A stretch of 63,688 nucleotides of DNA, filler included, from Reclinomonas americana ATCC 50394 (Eukaryota): assembly GCA_048213135.1 (NCBI GenBank). It is 14 parts of 14 records of this genome, joined end to end, with 100 filler letters (N's around TTAATTAATTAA, not from the genome) between each part and the next. Parts side by side here need not be neighbours in the genome. Positions count along the whole stretch, not along the records: positions 55,585 to 58,187 come from AFZH01020939.1; positions 58,288 to 61,396 come from AFZH01020940.1; positions 61,497 to 63,688 come from AFZH01020941.1; 11 more parts are not named here. One strand, written 5' to 3'. The notes beneath the pieces were generated by a model. The model was given only the letters and a program-made list of their open reading frames with translations. It searched no databases and was not told where the DNA came from. Shown in pieces: positions 56,501-63,688 of this stretch; the first letter of the stretch is position 1; every line of letters starts with the position of its first letter. The position numbers were made by a program, and so were the translations under genes.

Positions 56501-59500
56501 ACTCATCGGTCGCGGCCACCCGTTGTGTGCATTGGATCTGTGCGGCTCGTCAATGCCGACGGAGATCATGGACATGGCGCAGGACTCATTGCGCATCTTG
56601 CGCGGTCTGTGTGTTTGTGTGCATCTGGTGCGTGTTGGCGCACGTAGGCGGCGATCTGAACGTCGTTCCATTAACAGGAATGTTGCAACGCAAATACTGG
56701 CGCATTCCTGCGTGTGAATACATTGGCGTCACCCTCGACGAGGTGAGTCGTGTGTGCAAGTCTCAGAACCACTCATCACATTGTCCCACGCTGACTCGTA
56801 TCTCGGTAAACAATAGACGCTGCGCCTTGTGGAGAGTGCTGTGGCCAGTGGAGCAGAGGACCTGGCGATCACGAGCAGTGCGCACGCGGCACAGCTGGAG
56901 ACTGCTCTGGGACTATTGAGTTTCCTCGGTGCGTGATTTGAAGCTTGCCGCTGCGCTGTGCGTGGCGTGTGTGCAAGTGCTTACAACTGTGTCTGCAGGC
57001 GGTAGCACGCCCATGTCGCGCACGCGTGCTCTCATCTCCGTGAACGGAAGTGGAGCTCACATGATTGACGAGATTGTCAGCGACAGCATGAACGTGTTTA
57101 TGCATTCGACTCTGAGTCAGGAGAAGGCCTCGTGGGACAATGTGCGAGTGCAAGAGGAGGTTTGCGGAGCCTATGCCGTTACAATCCTTTGCAGGTTTCC
57201 GCTTTGCTCAATCTCCTCGCTGTGTAGCGTCCTGTGGTTCTTAGCGTGTTCGACTCGCTGCCCAACTTCCTTCCTTTCGTGCAACGGCTCATTCAGCTGT
57301 ACCTCCAACACACGGAGCTGTTCACCAAGACGCGTATCTTGGGTGCGCTCATGTACACCGCCATGCGGGCCCTGTCCGCCAGCACGCTGTCGCCCAGTGT
57401 CGTGAAGCAGCTGGCCAAGCGAGGTTTTTTTCTTGTCGCGTCGATCCCTCACTCTCTCTGCGCACAATAGAAGGCTAACAGTTTGGATGCAGAGTATCTG
57501 CTCGCCGTTCTCAGCTACGTGCGACACGGCAAAGTTGCGGTGGTCAGTCTGCCGGCGTTGGAGGACCGCTTGCAGGTGCTTCTCCACGTTTTGCGTACCA
57601 CGTCGACTGGGTCTGTGGACGCTGCAGCTGGTGAGCTCTCCATGCCGGATTGGAGAAATCAGCACCACTTTTCTCATTGTCCTCCCTGGTGCCTGCACGT
57701 GCAGTGGAACCGACGGCCGAATTGGACCTGTTTGAAGACAAGTCAGGCGAGGAGGGCGCGGTGGCGCTCACTACGCTGCCGTGGAACGACATTGAGGTGC
57801 TGTATCGTCACCCACCCACCCACCCTCCCTCCCATCGTCGTGACCACTGACTTCTGTGCTGTACAGACGCGTTTCGAGGCCGAAATCGCATCAGCGGTCG
57901 CAGTCATGCCCGCTGGCGCCAATGCGGCCTCCGATCAAGACAGCGGCCCGAAGAAGCTGAAGCTGCTGACAAAGGTGCATGCACGCGGTCGTGCCCTGCT
58001 CGGTACGTGCACGTGGACGTGTACAGGCTCACCAGCCGATGTTGAAGACCACCGCCCTCATTTCCCGCTCACAGGCCCCGTGTTTGAGCTGTACCGCTCG
58101 CTTTCGGCGCTTTACGGAGCTACTTGCGTGGCCCGCATGTTCGACACTGCCAACGTTGAGTTGGAGAGCGTCGACGAGGAAGTGGTCNNNNNNNNNNNNN
58201 NNNNNNNNNNNNNNNNNNNNNNNNNNNNNNNTTAATTAATTAANNNNNNNNNNNNNNNNNNNNNNNNNNNNNNNNNNNNNNNNNNNNTTTTTTATTTGCG
58301 ACGGATGAGACACGCTGGCAATATTCTGGGCGCTTACACTGTGTTTGTGTGTTGTAGGTGTATCGCGGAACCCTGAGTGTGCTGCTGGAATTCGGCACTC
58401 ATGAGCAGCTCAACTGGAAGTTGCCGGGCACTGGAAAGTCGATCCGAGAGGCAGCTGCGAACACGGTGCTTGGCGATCTAATCGAAGACAGTTGAGTTCT
58501 TCTTTTTATTATTGATGCTCGTTGTAATCTGCAGCGAGAGCTGATGCTGTGGGCGGGGATTTTTTTCATGCAGCCGTGGTCATGTGTGGCCAGTCGGACG
58601 ACGAAGTGGGTGTACGTGCCTCCGGCGGCGATGCCGTTGCGCGAGCCATTCTGCGAGCGCGTGAGTTGCCGGATTCTGTGTGCCGCGAAGAAGTTGACGG
58701 TGTGCGCAGACTTGAGCATGCCAGCTTGTTCAGCGCACACTCTCTGACATTGTGTCTTTTTTTGCAGTCATCGAGGTTGGATCGCTGAAGCAGTTCCAGA
58801 CCGTGTTCTTGGAACGCAACGGCAAGGTGGAACCGCACACTGTGCAGAGAATCTACCACGATGGCCTGCTGGCCGCGGTGCGTCCGGTCGAGGGAGCCGC
58901 CAACCGCGACGTGGTGTATCTGCCGCTGACGTCGCGCAGCATTGCACGTGTTGTCGAGAATGGTATGCGCCACCCGCCATTCTGTCGAGCGCATGTGGAC
59001 TTGGGGCGATGACACGTGTGTGCTCTTTTGCAGACCCCGTGCAAAATTTGCTCGAATTCCGCAAGTTCTGCGTGGCCCTCCTCTCTGGCCACGTGCTGCC
59101 GTCGCCAATGGTGGCCGAGCACGCTGTCGCGGATTCTGTCGTGCCTTTGCAGTTGCCGACTTCAAGACGTTCGACCACACCGCTGGACTACAGGTGTGTA
59201 TCCGTCCCGTGTGCCCCGTCTTTGCTCGTGTGGATGCACTCATCGACTGTGTCGGACGTGCAGGATCCCGCTGGAGGTATTTGCGTACCTCAAGTCGACC
59301 ATCAGTTCCTACTCGTCGACTCGCAATCTCTCGATCGACGCTCTCAACATCCACGAGGTGCCAATCGACCTGGAGGAGCACCAGCTCTTGCAGCAGGTGC
59401 GCAAGTGTTGCCGCCGCCACAGTTGGCATTACTTGTGTCTCACGCATGGCGCGCAGATGTCGAATGCAGTGCTTATGCAAAATCTCGAGTCCATTCGACA

Positions 59501-61382
59501 GCTCAACCTCAACTTTAACAGTCTGTTGCCGTTTGTCACTGCGGTGGACATGGGTGAGTTCGGGTCGTACATTCTCCTGCGTCGTCTGCATCTCTCCTCA
59601 TTGGTCGATGTTTGCAGGCCCCATGTCGGTGCAGTCGTCCATGTCAGTTCTGCCGCCGCCCACAGATGAGGACGGTGGCAGCGGCAGCGGCAGCGGAAGT
59701 GGCAGTGGTTTGTGCTCGTCGTTTCGTGAGAGAGAATGTCAAGTGTGCTCATCATTCTTCGTCATCCTCGCAGCTGTCGTGCAGTACTCTACGGCGCAGC
59801 TGTGGTCGTACGCTGTGCGTTACCTGATCGTGGACAAGGTCAAGACCGAGTTTGTCAGCAAGGTGCTGCGAGAGACGGCTGTGGACGAGCGACCAGTAAT
59901 TCGTGTCAATCGACCGCGCGCTCTGCGACACATGAGAAGTCACGTTGCCTCGCGGTCATTGTTTGTGTGTGTTTCTCGACGTTGTTGCTGACGTGCATGG
60001 TGTTGATGCATAACAGATCCGGCCAACGACCCCGACGGTCGCAACTCGCTTTTCGCGCAATGCATGGAGCAGCTGCTCTCCAAGGGACTGAAGCGCATGG
60101 AGAAATCGTTCAAGGTCGAGTTCCAGGGCGAAGGTGCCGAAGATGCAGGCGGTCCCTACCGCGAATGCTTGGCCCTGATCTCCGACGAGCTCATGTCCGA
60201 TGCCGTGCCACTATTCTGTCAGGCGCCAAATGGTATCTTGCGTGCTGCCACTGGTCGTGGATTAAGTGACTGACATATTTGATGGCAGGTACCGATAATG
60301 TCGGACAGCATCGCGAGACCATGGTCGTGCGTCCTTCAGCGTGCACCGAGTATCACCTGCGCATGTTCCGCTTCCTCGGCAAACTCATGGGTCTGGCAAT
60401 GCGAACAAACGACTGCCTCAGCCTGCGCATCAATCCTGTTGTTTGGAAGCAGCTGGTGCGTGTCTCCTAGTTTTTGTCGCCGTCTGTGTTTCTTGATACT
60501 GAGTGTCATTGTGTTGCACATGTCACAGGTCGGCGAGGCGCTTACTCGTGCCGACTTGGCACTGTGTGACTTCCGTGCGGCGCAAAACTTGGATCGTCTC
60601 TCGCAAGCGTCGCCACTGGTCGGCTCCACGGACCTCACCTTTGCCGTGGCGCTGTCTGACGGTTCGACTCGCGAGTTGCGCGACGGAGGCTCGGAGATTC
60701 GCGTGACGTTGCGTTTTTCTGTCATGGCTTTGCTGCGATGTGGTTGGTGTGTGTGTTGGTATCTCACATGTGCGACAGTGCCGAGAATTGCATGGAATGG
60801 GCCCTGTTGTACGAGCGTGCACGGCTCTCCGAGTCGAGCAGGCAAGTGGCTGCCATTCGCGACGGTCTGCTGGAGGTCATTCCCTCGTCCGTGCTATCCA
60901 TGTACACGTGGGATGAGCTGGAGGCGAGCATTTGTGGCCGACCAGATTTCGAAGTGGCGGTGCTGAAGGAGCGAGCGTCGTACGAAGGCTACACTGCCGA
61001 ATCCGACCAAATCCAGTGGCTGTTCCAGGCACTCGAGTCGTTCACGCCTCGCGAGCGCTCCATGTTCTTGCGCTTTGTGTCTGGTATGGCACGCCTGCCC
61101 AAGTACGCTTCGCGGAACTTTATGTTCAAGCGTGGCGCACAACGAGGTGAGTTTTTCTGGCACCTCCTGTGTGTCACACGGTCGTGTTGCTCATGTGCTT
61201 TCTGTTTGCTTGCAGATGACTCTTTGCCAACGGCCGCCACATGCTTCTTCTCCATCACGCTACCGAGATACTCAACGCGGGAGATTCTCACCGAAAAAGT
61301 GCGGTACGCCTGCACTCACTGTCTGGCCATTGATACGGACTACACGGCACAGAATGCTGACGTGTTCTCCAACGAAGACTGA
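53522..61382 (+). CDS. giant HECT-domain E3 ubiquitin ligase (HERC/HECTD4-like), 5' partial, spans two linkers
   Basis: C-terminal HECT: FKVEFQGEGAEDAGGPYRE, FRFLGKLMGLAMRT, ELEASICG, FLRFVSG, LPTAATCFFSITLPRYS..CLAIDTD. The upstream contigs are on the same strand; assigning them to the same gene is inference. Confidence 0.85.
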
Positions 61383-61496
61383 GGCAGCCAGTAACANNNN
61401 NNNNNNNNNNNNNNNNNNNNNNNNNNNNNNNNNNNNNNNNTTAATTAATTAANNNNNNNNNNNNNNNNNNNNNNNNNNNNNNNNNNNNNNNNNNNN

Positions 61497-63688
61497 GCCA
61501 TTAGACTTTGGCAATGTGCCGATGCTGGAGTGGAGACGCGCGATATGTGCTGATATTCTCAGCGTCGAATGTCGCATGTTCCCTCTCGACCACACGTACC
61601 ACTCGTCCAGATTGCGCGAATGAAATGCACAACATAACACATGCAGAGTGCGTGAAACCCGAGTACATTCATTCTGTGGATTGTTGAAGCTAAAGGAAAG
61701 GAACGAGGGAAGGGACACAAAAATAATCAGCGCTTGTCGGCGAGACGTGGAGAGGAGGAGAAGAGGCGGGGAAAAAAGAGAAAGAGAGACAGGCAATTAC
61801 ATGTGCAGTGTGTGCAAAGCGACAGACAAAATAAGCACATCCATGATCATTATGATTGGGTATTGCGTCGACCGCGACGAGCTGGAGACACACACACAGA
61901 GATCGTGAGAAGCAGGAGAATCAAGGTGACGGAATAAATGGACTCACAAGAAGCGGATGCCGCGGAACCGCGACGCCGTCGTTTCCTCTGGGGCGCTGCG
62001 CAGGAAAAGAAGATCGACAGGTTGGCACGAAAAGGAGAGACGAACTTCTACAACACCATCACCCAGGCTCACCGCTGCCGTCCCCTTCATCACCATCGTC
62101 ATCATCGTCGCCACCTCGGTCGTCCTCCGAGTGACTAAAGTGATCTCGCAGGTCTCCGGCGTCGCTACTAAAAGCACGCTTTCGCGAACCGTTGCCAAAG
62201 CTGCCAGGCTCCTCGCCATCGCCATCACCCTCAGCCTCGTCATCCTCGTCGGCGACCGCATACTCATCATCATCGTCCTCCTCATCGTCGTCGTCATCTT
62301 CGCCGTCGACTTCGTCCGCAAAGCCGGCGCTGAAACTTGAATTCTTTCGGCGCGGTCGCGACGATCGTCGCATGGGGACACCAGATCGCGCTTGCAACAG
62401 TCGCGCAAAGAAGGATTCTGTGTGACAACAACTGATGTCAATAACCTCGCGTGGGTCGATTATGTGGCGATCAGTCTCTCTCCACTCACCATCCACCATG
62501 CCGGCGCCAAAATCAATCGGCTGCGATGGCGGCGGGCACAGACTCGGCAGCATCTGGCACATGAGGTCGACCATCACCTGCTGCTCGATTGCTGCATCGC
62601 AGAAGCACGAGGTGAGCAACATATAAAAACACGCACCTACGGCGGCACGACACACAAAGTTACGCAACTCGGCAACTCGGTGACTCGACGGAAGAACTCA
62701 AAGCCAGCACGAATGCGCTGTCCCGGCGACAAGCGCGCCGGTCCTGAACCGAATGACTGCAGCAGAGATGCTGCACGACGGACACGCGAGATGAGCACAG
62801 TCACACAGCAGATGAAAGAAGCCTCCTGCAGACATCCACCCACCTCGGCTGTCGTCCTCGTGCATACTCGGCAGGCTACTGATGCTTCCGTGACGACCAC
62901 GGTCGGCGTTGACAAAGTGTGCCACCTTTTGCGACTGTGCAATTCCTGGGTAGGCGGCAGCACTCGCATTGACAGGAGCCGGCGGTGGTGGTGGTGGATG
63001 TGGCAGCGGGAGCGCTGCCGGCGACGTCGTGTTCTGCGGATACCCGTAGAATCCGCCAGCTGACGCACTCATGTCGCTGTTCATGACGGGCGGCAATGGC
63101 GGGGCCGAGGGCGGCGGTCCAGTAATCGGTGGGCCCACAAATGTGCCCGGGCTGTGATTGGTCGCAAACGGCATGCCACCGCCGACAAACTGCGGCGCGC
63201 CGGCCATTGGCAGCGGCGACACCCCAGGCGACGTACTTGACATGTTGGGCGGTCCACCAGCGCCACCCGCCATCACTGGCATACTGTACACTGGCGAATG
63301 CGCGGGTCCGCCCATCTGACCCGTGCCAGACGACGACGAGTACATCGTCGACATTCTCGGCCCGCGCGTCGATTCCTGCGCACGAGGTGGTGTGAGAAAG
63401 TAAATGATGGAGAGGCGAGAAAGGGGTGTGAAACGCACCTCCTCCAGCAGCCGCCGCTTCATGTTCTTGGTGACGTACACGTGCTCTTGGTCCTCCTCTG
63501 CGGCAGGGAACGGGAAGTGAGCAACAAAAAACCAAGGGATATCATCAGAACTCTCTCTCAACGCAACTGTCCGGCACACGCGCATAGATTTCGTACTCGG
63601 GGGAGTAGCACATCGCAATTGCGGGCTCGTGCAGCGCACCATTGACATCGACGCAGAACAAAGTGAGGCAGAACTTGAATCGCGGCTT
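61497..63688 (-). CDS. hypothetical multi-exon protein, both ends partial
   Basis: Spliceable exons KPRFKFCLTLFCVD..CYSPEYEIYARVPD|KEDQEH.., a Pro/Gly/Met-rich region, ..VTELP|TIEQQVMVDLMC.., an acidic tract and RKRRRR. Confidence 0.55.

Noticed and set aside
57468..57470. In-frame TAG between two HECT-gene ORFs, suggesting stop-codon reassignment given the divergent eRF1
   Set aside because: It looks like an intron acceptor (CAATAG), although I could not fix the donor. TAA, TAG and TGA all terminate conserved genes in this window.

Overview
GC-rich, gene-dense, intron-rich eukaryotic DNA, probably from a flagellated protist (B9D1 is present). The window is 14 contigs joined by 13 artificial 100-nt N/TTAATTAATTAA/N linkers, and several genes continue across them. 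I can reconstruct about 27 protein genes by manual splicing: KAS/FabF, SCOT, a PH-domain protein, POLD1, a TPR-esterase, ESF2, a PSI protein, USB1, a GT77 glycosyltransferase, two ferlins, BRF1, PSMA1, Vps39/TGFBRAP1-like, a divergent eRF1, B9D1, MED25-like, mS35, RPL30, an S10 carboxypeptidase, a mitochondrial-type TatB, an ankyrin-TPR protein, a cAMP-receptor-like GPCR, a giant HECT E3 and several hypotheticals. The most striking signals concern splicing. (1) A U12-like snRNA gene at ~47546-47798 appears to be interrupted by an ordinary 87-nt GT-AG intron, and after splicing its U6-pairing arm is U2-like (GCCAAGAUCAA). (2) 5' splice sites fall into two classes: G-ending exons use G|GTNNG, while most A/C/T-ending exons use a one-nucleotide-shifted donor, |GTTGCG, with the conserved G at +6. 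All gene models are manual; no database searches were run.
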